Below, piece by piece: positions 18,906 through 29,108 of a stretch of DNA of 64,000 bases. Under the pieces are notes generated by a model. That model was given only the letters and a program-made list of their open reading frames with translations, was not told the DNA's origin and ran no database searches. The stretch spans positions 1 through 64,000 of the forward strand of contig JAEOTR010000035.1 in NCBI GenBank assembly GCA_016839705.1, written 5' to 3'. How positions within the stretch are numbered: position 1 is the stretch's first letter; every line of letters begins with the position of its first letter. Source of the stretch: Promethearchaeota archaeon (GTDB lineage: Archaea > Asgardarchaeota > Lokiarchaeia > Sigyniarchaeales > SOKP01). Made by a program: the position numbers and the translations under genes.

Positions 18906-19745
18906 CTACCTCGACTTCTTATTTCTTTTCTTTCGATTTCTTTGCTTTTTATTTTTGGTTTCGTGATTGTTTAAGTTTTCGTCTCTCCAAGCTAATAAAT
19001 CATTGATATGAGATGCACCTGTAATTTTTAGATATGCATCTTCCAAGTCTTTAGCACCAACAGATTCAATTATCTCTTTTGGAGTACCTTCAATTTTTAA
19101 CTCACCATCAACAATGATACCAATGATGTCGCATAATTCCTCAGCGGCATCAAGAAGGTGGGTACAAATGAATACCGTTTTATCTGCTTTCCTTGCGAGT
19201 TCAGAAATTAGATCTTTAACCATTCTGGCTGCAGCTGGATCTAAATTAGATGTGGGCTCATCTAAGAATAAGATTTTTGGATCTTGGATCAAGGCCGCAC
19301 ATAAACAAACTTTCTGTTTCATTCCTCTAGAATATCCTTCTAGAAGATCATTTCCTCGACCAACTAAATTGAACATCTCTAACAATTCCTCAATGCGAGC
19401 AGAAATTACATCTCTTGGTAAGTAATATAACTCACCGATAAACTCTAAGAACTCTCTAGCAGTGAGTTTTGAATATAAACCAGGAGATTCTGGTAAAAAC
19501 CCACATATCATCTTCACTTTTTCACTTTCAGCTATAATATCATATCCTCCTACTAAGGCATCTCCTGAAGTTTTAGATATAATAGCATTAAGAACTCTGA
19601 CAGTTGTAGTCTTACCAGCTCCATTTGGACCAAGTAATCCATATGTTTTCCCATAGGGAATCTGTAAACTCAATTTGTTAACTGCAAGAACTTTACCAAA
19701 ATTTTTAGTAAGATCTTGAGTCTTAATAGCGTATGCTTTACTCAA
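18906..19745 (-). CDS. ABC transporter ATP-binding protein
   Basis: GPNGAGKTT, YSRGMKQK, FLDEPTSNLDP, CTH. Confidence 0.95.
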   Translation of the reverse strand: MSKAYAIKTQDLTKNFGKVLAVNKLSLQIPYGKTYGLLGPNGAGKTTTVRVLNAIISKTSGDALVGGYDIIAESEKVKMICGFLPESPGLYSKLTAREFLEFIGELYYLPRDVISARIEELLEMFNLVGRGNDLLEGYSRGMKQKVCLCAALIQDPKILFLDEPTSNLDPAAARMVKDLISELARKADKTVFICTHLLDAAEELCDIIGIIVDGELKIEGTPKEIIESVGAKDLEDAYLKITGASHINDLLAWRDENLNNHETKNKKQRNRKKRNKKSR

Positions 19746-19800
19746 TTTTTTTACCTCCTTTTATTTTTTTAATTTTATATTTTTCATTTTAAATTAGAAA

Positions 19801-20085
19801 TCATAATATAATAGATAGAATTAAATTCATGCTCTCAGTGATGATTAAGCATGAGATTAATACCCATAATACTTTTCTATATCGAAAGGTTCTGTTTTCT
19901 TCTACTGCTAAACGCCTTTTAGTTTCCACATAAATTGCAGGTAAAATTATGAGAAATAGCGGTATCATATCTCTCCCACCAGGTGGAAAATAAAAAATGT
20001 TATAAATGAGTAATACAGCACTCACAATATCTGAAATAATCAATGCTGCTGTTAAGCCCCGTTCAGAAGTGTTCAAATTCAACAT
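19801..20085 (-). CDS. small 3-TM membrane protein
   Basis: Hydrophobic segments; lies within the operon. Confidence 0.65.
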   Translation of the reverse strand: MLNLNTSERGLTAALIISDIVSAVLLIYNIFYFPPGGRDMIPLFLIILPAIYVETKRRLAVEENRTFRYRKVLWVLISCLIITESMNLILSIIL

Positions 20086-20100
20086 CTTTGATTTATTTTT

Positions 20101-21246
20101 TTAATTTTGAATTAAGTTATTTTTTGATTCGTACCTTGTTCTAGTTCCTAACCATAAAAAGAGAATAACAGCTACACCATAACTCATTATTAAAGTAATG
20201 AAATACAGAAATACATTGTAAACTGCTATCTCCAAGCTCACAATTATAAGCTGTATACCTAAAGGAATGAAAATACTAACTAAACCTATAATTATAAAAC
20301 CTGAAAAGCCATATAATATCGGTTTTGTGTTTTTTTTTCGTACAAGAACAACCCACTCCACATCCCGTTTCCTAAAGATTTGCCATAACGCATAAAATAG
20401 TACCCCAAAGCCTACGATGAAGATCGTCCAATAAATAAAATCATAGGTTAGAGTTAGTTTACTATTAGCTATTATGGTAACTAAAGGTCCTGAAAAAGAA
20501 ATGAAATTTAAGATTCCATGAATTATGATTGAATAAAATACGTTGCGAGTTAGAATATAAATTAAACCTGAGGAAAACCCAATCAAAAATACAGCAGTTA
20601 TATGCATTATAGTCCCTGTAAGATTTCCACTTATTAAATCATCTGGTAGGTGTGCGAGAGCAAACAAAAGACTTGAAGATAATATCGCGGTTAAGGGATT
20701 CATTCCCCGTTGTTCCAATAAAGGAACTAATAACCTACGGTAGACTAACTCCTCATATATAGGGGCTCCAATTGTAAGTGGAAGATAATAGATCAAGATA
20801 TTTAAAGGGTTGGTCAAATGCTCTGGACTTAATAAAATATTAGTATACCCACTCTGAGGACTTAAATTGAATACTCTAAAGATAAAAAATAAAATAAAAT
20901 TTATACTGACTATGAGCGTAAAAGTCCCACTTATAAGAAGTACTGTTCTTACTGAATTTAAAATAGTTATAGGATGAAATTCCGAATTTTTTGCTTTAAA
21001 TAAAGGAATAAATACATAATAAACTATGAAAATCCCTATAAATTGAGAAAGAAACAAAATTAAAAGGTTGGTTACTGCATAGTCAAAGAGTAAGTAAAAA
21101 TCTGTGAGTACCATAATAAATGAGATTAGAGTGGGTAGAAAACTTAATAACAATCCTCCAACTCCAACCACCATCGATGCTGTGAAGAAATTTAAAAACT
21201 TTCCGTTTCTCTCTTTAATAAGTATCAATCTAAAATCCCTCCACAT
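20101..21246 (-). CDS. CPBP (CAAX/Abi) intramembrane glutamic endopeptidase
   Basis: APIYEELVYRR (EExxxR), FALAH (FxxxH), HGILN (HxxxN). Confidence 0.9.
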   Translation of the reverse strand: MWRDFRLILIKERNGKFLNFFTASMVVGVGGLLLSFLPTLISFIMVLTDFYLLFDYAVTNLLILFLSQFIGIFIVYYVFIPLFKAKNSEFHPITILNSVRTVLLISGTFTLIVSINFILFFIFRVFNLSPQSGYTNILLSPEHLTNPLNILIYYLPLTIGAPIYEELVYRRLLVPLLEQRGMNPLTAILSSSLLFALAHLPDDLISGNLTGTIMHITAVFLIGFSSGLIYILTRNVFYSIIIHGILNFISFSGPLVTIIANSKLTLTYDFIYWTIFIVGFGVLFYALWQIFRKRDVEWVVLVRKKNTKPILYGFSGFIIIGLVSIFIPLGIQLIIVSLEIAVYNVFLYFITLIMSYGVAVILFLWLGTRTRYESKNNLIQN

Positions 21247-21445
21247 TATTATTTATTGATTTATTCCTTTCATGTCTAAATCTTATTAAAAAACCAAGAT
21301 TCATCGTTATAGATAACCCTGTGAATAATCCACTGAAAAAATCTATGATTGGTTTCTGACCTCTAAAGAGATCTAATAAAAGAGAAATAATCAAAGACAC
21401 AATGCCAATCACGAGCAGAATTTCTTCATTTTTATTGTAAAGCAT
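21230..21445 (-). CDS. small 2-TM membrane protein
   Basis: Two TM; DFFSGLFTGLSI; overlaps the CPBP start. Confidence 0.7.
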   Translation of the reverse strand: MLYNKNEEILLVIGIVSLIISLLLDLFRGQKPIIDFFSGLFTGLSITMNLGFLIRFRHERNKSINNNVEGF

Positions 21446-21454
21446 AATAACATC

Positions 21455-21673
21455 TCACTCCTTCATTTGTTCGGTCTTTTCTTCTCGTTTCATTAGTTCT
21501 TCCTCTCTTTTTCGAGCGATTATTGGAATCCAGATAACAACAGAACCCGGGAAAAATATAAAAAATGGAAAATATGTATCAACGTCTCCTAAAATAATAA
21601 ACATCAAATATGCAACACTCGAAACAATGATGATAATAACAATTGCTAAAATAGCTCTTTGGTATTTATCCAT
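21455..21673 (-). CDS. small 2-TM membrane protein
   Basis: Two TM plus charged tail; first gene of the operon. Confidence 0.7.
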   Translation of the reverse strand: MDKYQRAILAIVIIIIVSSVAYLMFIILGDVDTYFPFFIFFPGSVVIWIPIIARKREEELMKREEKTEQMKE

Positions 21674-21766
21674 ATTTTATCCCTTGTTTTTTCTTTTTGA
21701 ACCTAACCTAAATTGAATTAATATATAAATTAACTAGATCTACTTTTGATCTCTTATCCTAGCGAA

Positions 21767-21848
21767 CTTTGTATTACAAAGCTCCCAAGTAAAATAAATC
21801 AAATTTTATATTTAAACTTTGCGGTACAAAGCACTTTCTGTGACAAAA
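21767..21848. promoter_or_regulatory. three CTTTG-N5-CAAAG operator palindromes flanking a minus-strand TATA box
   Basis: CTTTGTATTACAAAG 21767-21781; CTTTGCGGTACAAAG 21817-21831; degenerate CTTTCTGTGACAAAA 21834-21848; TTTAAATA on minus strand at 21809-21816. Confidence 0.7.
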
Positions 21849-22019
21849 TTAAAAAAAATTTAGTAACAGATAGTCTCCTTATATCTTAAAAATTAAGATT
21901 CAATTGAACTCTTCAACGTAACAAAAATTTTTCTTTTCCCCAATCACAAGTTTTACGTGTGATTTTGTGGATAAGGTATAGCACTTTTTATTCTTATTAG
22001 TAATATTATTATTTTATCG

Positions 22020-23324
22020 ATGATTTTTGACATTATGGCCAATAATAACAATATTTATGTCATCGGTGTCGGGATGATACGGTTTGCCAAATTACCCGGA
22101 AGGACCATGAAAAGCATGACCGGAGAATCGGTAGAAAATGCGCTGAAGGATTGCAATCTGGAAAAGGGCGACCTTGAAGCTGCTTGGTTTAGTAATTCTG
22201 GTTGGGGTCAGTCGGAATATCAGCACTGTATCCGCGGTCAAGTCGCTCTTAGTGCTAATGGTATTGATAAGATCCCCATGACTAATGTAGAAAATGCTTG
22301 CGCTGGGGGAAGTACAGCATTTCATAATGCGTGGCTTTCTGTGAAGGCGGGTGTGTATAATGTTGCTTTAGCTGTCGGGACGGAAAAAATGTATTTTGAT
22401 AAACCTCCTGTTGTTAGGAGTGGAGGTATCCCAGGAATGGGAGCGATGAGCGGTTTTATTTCAGGGACTGATGTGGAGGAGACATTAAAGATGATGAATC
22501 AATTCAAAAAACAGTTAGCAGAGGGCGAAAAGAAGCCTGAAAAAGAAGAAAACAAGGAAGGAGAGCCAAAAAAAAAGAAAGACCATTCAATTTTTATGGA
22601 TTTTTATGCACTCGGCGCCCGCGCTCATATGAAAGCCTATGGTACTACTCAACGTCAACTTGCTGCAATTGCTGCAAAAAATCATAATAACTCGACAATG
22701 AATCCCTTAGCTCAATACACTTTCCCTCAAACTATTGAACAAGTTATGGAAGATTATGTAGTTTCCTATCCATTAACAAGAGCCATGTGCGCACCCACTG
22801 GAGATGGTTCAGCAGCAGCCATCCTTTGTTCCGAACAATATTTAAAGGATAATCCAAGCCTTAGAGATCGAGCAATTTTAATTCGAGCTTCAATTTTACA
22901 ATCTGGTGCACGACAACGGTTTAATCAAATAGAAATAGCTTCTTCTGCTGCCTATAAAATGGCGGGTCTCGGTCCAGAGGATATCGATGTATCAGAAGTT
23001 CACGACGCAACAGCATTTGGAGAACTTCACGCAGTTGAAGCTTTAGGTTTCTGTCCTGTTGGTCAAGGTGGTCCGTTTGCTGAAAGTGGTGCTACGGATC
23101 TTGATGGAAAAGTTGCTGTTAATCCTAGCGGAGGATTACTAGCTCGTGGACATCCTATAGGAGCTTCTGGGGTTGCACAAATGTATGAACTGATAACACA
23201 ATTGCGTGGAGAAGCAGGTGAAAGACAGGTTAAAAACGCTAAAAGAGCTCTAGCTCATAATGGAGGAGGAGACCTGGGGCCAACGGCAGCTGCTCTGTGC
23301 ATACACATTTTCGAGAAAAATTAA
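22020..23324 (+). CDS. thiolase family protein (SCP2/lipid-transfer type)
   Basis: NVENACAGGSTAF, DGSAAAIL, EVHDATAF, VNPSGGLLARGHPIGASG. Confidence 0.92.
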   Translation: MIFDIMANNNNIYVIGVGMIRFAKLPGRTMKSMTGESVENALKDCNLEKGDLEAAWFSNSGWGQSEYQHCIRGQVALSANGIDKIPMTNVENACAGGSTAFHNAWLSVKAGVYNVALAVGTEKMYFDKPPVVRSGGIPGMGAMSGFISGTDVEETLKMMNQFKKQLAEGEKKPEKEENKEGEPKKKKDHSIFMDFYALGARAHMKAYGTTQRQLAAIAAKNHNNSTMNPLAQYTFPQTIEQVMEDYVVSYPLTRAMCAPTGDGSAAAILCSEQYLKDNPSLRDRAILIRASILQSGARQRFNQIEIASSAAYKMAGLGPEDIDVSEVHDATAFGELHAVEALGFCPVGQGGPFAESGATDLDGKVAVNPSGGLLARGHPIGASGVAQMYELITQLRGEAGERQVKNAKRALAHNGGGDLGPTAAALCIHIFEKN

Positions 23325-23432
23325 TTTCTTCTTATTTTTTTATAAAACTCTTTGTATTAGAATTGCATACTAAAATGAATTACTGAATAGTAGTTTAAAT
23401 ATAAAATTTAAAAATAGAGTAAAAAAAAGATA

Positions 23433-23576
23433 TTACATATAGCCTTTGATTTCCCTTCTTATCTTGTATGCTTCTTTCTCTTCAAGATATCGAGGGTTTA
23501 GTCTAAGGACAATCTCGAGCATACTAAGTTTTTGCTCGTTTATTTCAGTTTTATTTAATTTTTTAAATATTGACAT
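23433..23576 (-). CDS. 47-aa LNPRY-motif micropeptide (not in ORF track)
   Basis: MSIFKKLNKTEINEQKLSMLEIVLRLNPRYLEEKEAYKIRREIKGYM*; AAGTGATA RBS and A-rich leader; shares its motif with 43186-43407 and 43668-43847. Confidence 0.75.
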   Translation of the reverse strand: MSIFKKLNKTEINEQKLSMLEIVLRLNPRYLEEKEAYKIRREIKGYM

Positions 23577-23794
23577 TTTTTTATTATCACTTTATTTTTC
23601 TTTGTTACTATAAATATACAAAAAAACCTATTTTAATGCACTCTATAATAAGTTTAAAGTATCCTTAAGAACCTTAAACTTTCTTCCCTTTGAATTCTAG
23701 GATTTCCAGGATTTTTAGTGCGGTTTAAATAATTACCCAAAATTCATTTAAATTTTTTAAGGATTTAAATATAAATGCTAAATTATTACTTATT

Positions 23795-24685
23795 ATGGAT
23801 CTAATTTACAGGAAACTACAAAATTTAGGCGGCTCACTATATGTCAGTTTGCCTAAGATATGGACTAATAAATATCAATTGAAAGAAAAATCACCAGTTG
23901 CGCTTGAAATTCGAGATGATGGAACAATAAAAATCAAACCTAAAATTGAGCAACCGATTGAAGCATTAAAGGAGGATGTTGTGTTAGAAGCAGATCAATA
24001 TGTTATATGGGAATTGTTAAAAAAGAGTCTTGCTGGTGAAACTAATATCCTAATAACTTCTGATAAAGAAATTAACAGGGCTTTAAGAAAGAATATTAGG
24101 AGATATGTGAATAGGCTCCCCAATACAGAAGTTATTGAGGAGACAAAACATAAAATGGCGATTCAAAATTTTGGGTATAAGGAAATTCCTACGAAAAAAT
24201 TAATTAAACGTTTATTAGATATCGTGGCTAATATGTTCGAAGATTTACGAAACGACTCCTTAGATGATTTGCATGGTAATTTCGAACAATTGAGGAAATT
24301 TTACTTCATTTTAGTCATTCATATTAGAACTTATCTTAGGACAGGAATTTATATTTCATCAACTAGTGATTTTACCCCTCTTGAAGCTATGGATTACCGA
24401 ATGCTTTGTGAAAAGAATCAAGAGATAGGTGAAATTTTAGAAAGATTTAATCCTTCTAAAGGAACTTTTGATTTTTATAAGGAAACTGAACAATATTTTA
24501 ATGAAATAAGAAAAGCATTTCTTAATAAAGATGATAAACTAGCGTATTTTAGTTGGTTGAAAAAGGATATATTATTCAAAAAAGCTCAAGATATAATGGA
24601 AAAATTAGACCATGATGATAAAGACAATATTAACATTCTACTTCGAATTGTTCAGAATTGTAAAGACATGGCGGCATTGATATAA
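23795..24685 (+). CDS. AbrB/MazE-domain + PhoU-like phosphate uptake regulator
   Basis: RKLQNLGGSLYVSLPKIW N-terminal AbrB motif; helical PhoU-like remainder. Confidence 0.8.
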   Translation: MDLIYRKLQNLGGSLYVSLPKIWTNKYQLKEKSPVALEIRDDGTIKIKPKIEQPIEALKEDVVLEADQYVIWELLKKSLAGETNILITSDKEINRALRKNIRRYVNRLPNTEVIEETKHKMAIQNFGYKEIPTKKLIKRLLDIVANMFEDLRNDSLDDLHGNFEQLRKFYFILVIHIRTYLRTGIYISSTSDFTPLEAMDYRMLCEKNQEIGEILERFNPSKGTFDFYKETEQYFNEIRKAFLNKDDKLAYFSWLKKDILFKKAQDIMEKLDHDDKDNINILLRIVQNCKDMAALI

Positions 24686-24800
24686 AATCTTAAAGTTTTA
24701 GACGCTTCTAAAATAACTTTAAATATATTCAAAATATTTTTCTCTCCAACCACTGAAGAGGAAAGAATTTTAAATTTTATTTTCTTTTTTTCTATTAACT

Positions 24801-25582
24801 ATGATCACTTGGATTTTGGGCGGAATATTACTTATTTGGATTCTAGCAAACCGTTTTTCACAAAATGGAAAAATAGATGGAGAACCTCTTGGCATGCCAC
24901 GAGGTACGGTTAGAGCCTTTATTACCCTAATGATCGTCTCATTTCCCTTTGGATATTTACTCAGGGGAGAACCAATTCCACCATTAATCATTAACGCTAT
25001 TTTTATTGTGGTTGCTTTTTATTTCGAAGCAAGGAGAAGTAGTCACGAAAGGTTAATGCAAATTGTTAATGAAGTCAAAAATTCAGAACAGGTATCTATT
25101 GATCTGAGAGAAAAAAAAAACCTTTGTATTTACCGAAATATACCGTAAGAATCTCATTATTAATTATATTGGTACTTGTCCAAATTATGATATTTTTTCA
25201 ACCCAGTCTTATTTTTGAGACAACAAACACCCTCGCGGATATTTTACTCATTGTAATTTTCTTTATTATTGGGGCTTTTTTTAGATCAATTATTAACTAT
25301 CGAGAAAAGAAAACAATAAAACAACAAATAGGAGATATGGATGCCTCCTTTTCAGATGTTCAAATCATAGAGAAACTCGCGTTAAAAGAAGTTAGTTGGT
25401 GGAACTCCACGGGAAAAAGTATCTTTTCTATTATAATGTTACTGTTAATTACCACTGCGCTTTTCTTTTATACCTTTAATATTGACTATGTTTTTCTTGA
25501 TTTCCCCCAGTATGGAATATTATTAACTCTACAAGGAACTCTTTTACTTCTTGTTAACGTCTATTATGGCTTTAGAGATTGA
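24801..25582 (+). pseudogene. membrane protein split by a frameshift in an A10 run (or slippage-decoded gene)
   Basis: Repeated motif PLGMPRGTVRAF / PLYLPKYTVRIS; the two frames join at A10 (25111-25120). Confidence 0.75.
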
Positions 25583-25626
25583 ATTATTTAATAATTAATT
25601 CCCTTTTTTTTGCATATAATTTGGCT

Positions 25627-26625
25627 CTAAAGATGAAATTCTGTTCCGGTAACTCCAATAGTATGAGATGGATGACGAGACATTATTTTATTAAAGTTAA
25701 ATCCCGTACAGTGCATACCACATATAATTTCCGGGTTTAATTTTTCGATAAAATCTACTTTTTTTTCAATGGTTTCCTCTGAGTTCCATTCTTCATGAAA
25801 ACCTCCAATTACAGCATAGATTTTATTTATTCCTGTTATTTTCTGAGCATGTTTAATTGTATTTATTACACCACAATGACCGCACCCCGTAATAATTGCT
25901 AATCCCTTATCTTTTATGTTAATGTATATTGAAGTTTCATCTCTGAAGGTATGTTCTGTGAATTCCTCTCTGTTCTTCATTATATAGATCCCTGGTGTCG
26001 ATTCACTTTGATCAGTTAACTCAATTTCCCCACTTGTGATGATTCCATTATATAACTTAACAGGTTCGTTAGTTTCAATTAATTTTACTCCCTTTTCATT
26101 CACTAAATTAGTAATCATATTTTTATTTAATGGACGTAATTTTCTACTAATGGCAAATTTATCTTTTTCCTCTTTCAAAGCTACTGCTAATTTATCAGCA
26201 GGAACTACTTCTCCTGATCTCTTTACAGCTATAAAGAACTGTTCATAGCAGAGGGGGTTCAAATAAAATTCGCAATCTTCTTTTAACAATGGAATCACTT
26301 TTTTTAAGCCACCAAAATGATCAAAATGTCCATGGCTTAGTATCATTTTATCAACTTCACTTAATTTAATATCAAACTGCTTACAATTCTCTATAACAGT
26401 CCCAGCAAAGCCTCCCGTGTCAACTAAAATATTTTTATTCTGTTCTCCATCAATGATTTTAATCAGTATAGATAAACCATGTTCGCCTTTAGCTCTACTT
26501 GCCGCACCACCTGGATATTTAACTTTACCTATTAAATTCATCTTGGGTAAAATAGTAAGACTTACTTCATTGGTAGTCAAAACTTTCAACATAACTTTAC
26601 CCGATTCAATACTTCCAATATCCAT
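25627..26625 (-). CDS. metallo-beta-lactamase fold hydrolase
   Basis: EHGLS, LVDTG, SHGHFDHFGG, GCGHCG, GGFH, GMHCTG. Confidence 0.9.
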   Translation of the reverse strand: MDIGSIESGKVMLKVLTTNEVSLTILPKMNLIGKVKYPGGAASRAKGEHGLSILIKIIDGEQNKNILVDTGGFAGTVIENCKQFDIKLSEVDKMILSHGHFDHFGGLKKVIPLLKEDCEFYLNPLCYEQFFIAVKRSGEVVPADKLAVALKEEKDKFAISRKLRPLNKNMITNLVNEKGVKLIETNEPVKLYNGIITSGEIELTDQSESTPGIYIMKNREEFTEHTFRDETSIYINIKDKGLAIITGCGHCGVINTIKHAQKITGINKIYAVIGGFHEEWNSEETIEKKVDFIEKLNPEIICGMHCTGFNFNKIMSRHPSHTIGVTGTEFHL

Positions 26626-26789
26626 TTTAAATTCTTACCTCTTTAAAATAATTGAATTAATATTAGGTTTAATATATTATTGTATGATTCTTAGTTAAAA
26701 TTATTAATAGAAAACAAATAGATCTTTATATAAAATAAGACTAATCAATATTATTTCGAATTAATATCTAAACTTTCGAGGTTATAATA

Positions 26790-27429
26790 ATGGAAAATGA
26801 AGAATTAGAAGAATTAAAACTACTTTCTATAACGAAAATAAAAGTAGCCTACAATCGCTCTATTGACGTAGAAGCAACTCATTTGATTCTTTGGAATAAA
26901 TCTGAAACATTAATGAAATTAAAATTGATATTAACGTTGATTTTAAGTGTAGTTGCTACCAGTTCTATAGTTTTCACAGTAAACTCTACGATTTTTACAG
27001 ATTTTGGATTATTCATCTTTATCGCAGATATTTTCACCCTTTTGATCATGGTTTTGATAGGGTGGGAAGTTCTTCTGATGTTTACAGGAAAATCTTTAGA
27101 TCACGGGCATATTGTTAATGAAGCATATCAACTACGTGAACAGAGTATGAATTTTCTTCAATACAAATTGGATAACTTAAATAAGCAAGGATATAGACGA
27201 ACTTAAATCTCTTGAAATAAAAGATTCCACGCTTAAGGAAAAAAGTGCTAAATATACCAAACGACTTTCAAATAATACAAAAAGCGCGATTAAAGAGAAA
27301 ATTGAAGATTTAGAAAAACAGGGAATAAAATTGTATATAATGACGCAAGAAGAAATAGATTTTGCTACTGAAAAGCTCCAAAAATATACAGCACTCCGAA
27401 CTTGTGAAGCATGGATAAAATTTAAATAA
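26790..27429 (+). pseudogene. SLATT-like 2-TM protein with a frameshift near 27190
   Basis: Two TM followed by H...A..LR; the frame continues as IDELKSLEIK...WIKFK* if 2 nt (AT) are restored in GGATATAGAC. Confidence 0.65.
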
Positions 27430-27561
27430 AAAGCATCTGTGAAGTTCAAAATTCTAATCAATTTTTCAAAAAATTTCGACTAATATTTTCCTCTATTAAA
27501 GTTAAAAAGTAAAAGATGATAAACTAATTTAATTTAAAATCATTTTTTAGCTGATTATAAG

Positions 27562-28689
27562 ATGAGCTATGTTGAAGAAGAAATAGAAATTTATCGAAAT
27601 TTGCAGAAACACCTCAACCAAATGCCAATTGGTTTCCCTGCAGTAAAATCTGGAGCCGATATACGTCTATTGAAACACCTTTTTACTCCTGAAGAGGCAA
27701 AAATTGCCACATTTTTAAAGTTTGGATGGGATCGAGACTTAGAGCCCTTAGAAACTATTTATGAACGGGCAAAAAGCACGGGAATTTCACACGAAGAATT
27801 AGAAAAGATATTAGACAGGTTGGCATCAAAAGGATCAATAATGTCCAAGCGAGAAAGTGGAAGAAAATTGTATGGAAACGCAGAATTAATGGTAGGGATG
27901 TTTGAATTTCAAGTTAATAAACTAACAGAAGGATTTGTAGATGATTATCTCGAATACGCGGATCAAGGTTGGTGGCCTGAAGCTCTTAAAGTAAAGGGAG
28001 CACAATTACGAACTATTCCTGTGGAACAAAGTGTTAAACCTAAACATAATGTAAGTACTTATGATGACCTAATAAAACTCCTTGATACAACAGAGGGACC
28101 TTATGTAGCAATAAATTGTGTATGTAGACAAGTGAAAGATGTGATGAAAGATCCTTGTAAGGTAACTTCCCGAAGAGAGTTATGTCTTGGTTTCGGAGAA
28201 CCTGCTCAATTGTATATTGATCAAGGTTGGGGTCGTTCGATTAGTAAAAAAGAAGTTCTTGAAATCTTACGAAAAAATGAGGATGATGGATTAGTGATTC
28301 AACCAGATGACTCTCAACATTTAAATTTTATATGCAGTTGTTGTGGATGTTGTTGTGAATTTCTATCAACGCTGAAAAAGCTAGCATCTCCAGGCAATTT
28401 CTCAATAACTAATTATTACGCAGAAGTGGATTCTGAATTGTGTACTGGTTGTGGTACTTGCGTAGACATCTGTCAGATGAATGCGATATCTCTTAAAAAT
28501 GAATTGTCTTCGATAAAACGGAGGAAATGCCTGGGTTGTGGAAATTGTGTAGCTAAATGTCCGTCAGAGGCAATAATACTTAATAAAAGGGAAAGAGAAT
28601 TTACCCCTTATCCTACAATGGATGATTTATTCGATAGGATTAGGTATCGAAAGCATAAAATACAGGAAATCGCATCGAGAAAAGTTTAA
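27562..28689 (+). CDS. 4Fe-4S dicluster protein with N-terminal wHTH
   Basis: CVCR, ICSCCGCCC, CTGCGTCVDIC, CLGCGNCVAKCP. Confidence 0.9.
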   Translation: MSYVEEEIEIYRNLQKHLNQMPIGFPAVKSGADIRLLKHLFTPEEAKIATFLKFGWDRDLEPLETIYERAKSTGISHEELEKILDRLASKGSIMSKRESGRKLYGNAELMVGMFEFQVNKLTEGFVDDYLEYADQGWWPEALKVKGAQLRTIPVEQSVKPKHNVSTYDDLIKLLDTTEGPYVAINCVCRQVKDVMKDPCKVTSRRELCLGFGEPAQLYIDQGWGRSISKKEVLEILRKNEDDGLVIQPDDSQHLNFICSCCGCCCEFLSTLKKLASPGNFSITNYYAEVDSELCTGCGTCVDICQMNAISLKNELSSIKRRKCLGCGNCVAKCPSEAIILNKREREFTPYPTMDDLFDRIRYRKHKIQEIASRKV

Positions 28690-28725
28690 ATTTAATCAAA
28701 ACAAAAATCCTTTCTAATTTTTATC

Positions 28726-28854
28726 ATGGAAAAATGTAATACTTGCGGAATGCTTCGTGCTACAAAGGATCTAGTTCTATTAGAAAACGGGAATTTCATG
28801 TGCTTCTCATGTTGGAATAAAGAGCTTAAAAAAAATGAAAAATCTCAAAAATAA
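28726..28854 (+). CDS. 42-aa CxxC..CxxC zinc-finger microprotein (not in ORF track)
   Basis: MEKCNTCGMLRATKDLVLLENGNFMCFSCWNKELKKNEKSQK*. Confidence 0.7.
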   Translation: MEKCNTCGMLRATKDLVLLENGNFMCFSCWNKELKKNEKSQK

Positions 28855-29108
28855 GCTAGAATTAATTGGCTAACGTCTGAACCTAATAACTTAAAAGAAA
28901 AGTATATTTTAAAAGATCAAATTTCTTTATTTTACTGTCCTCTTCTGATCCCTCTAAAGGAATTAGGGGCATCTTTATAATGATTTTTTGGTTTTCTTGA
29001 AAAAAAAAATACCACTTTAGAAGAGAGAACTACTAAATGTCCTGTTTTGTATGTATTTTTCAAGCCCTCAAAGAAATAAGAAAAAAATCTAATAAAAAAG
29101 ATTAAAGC

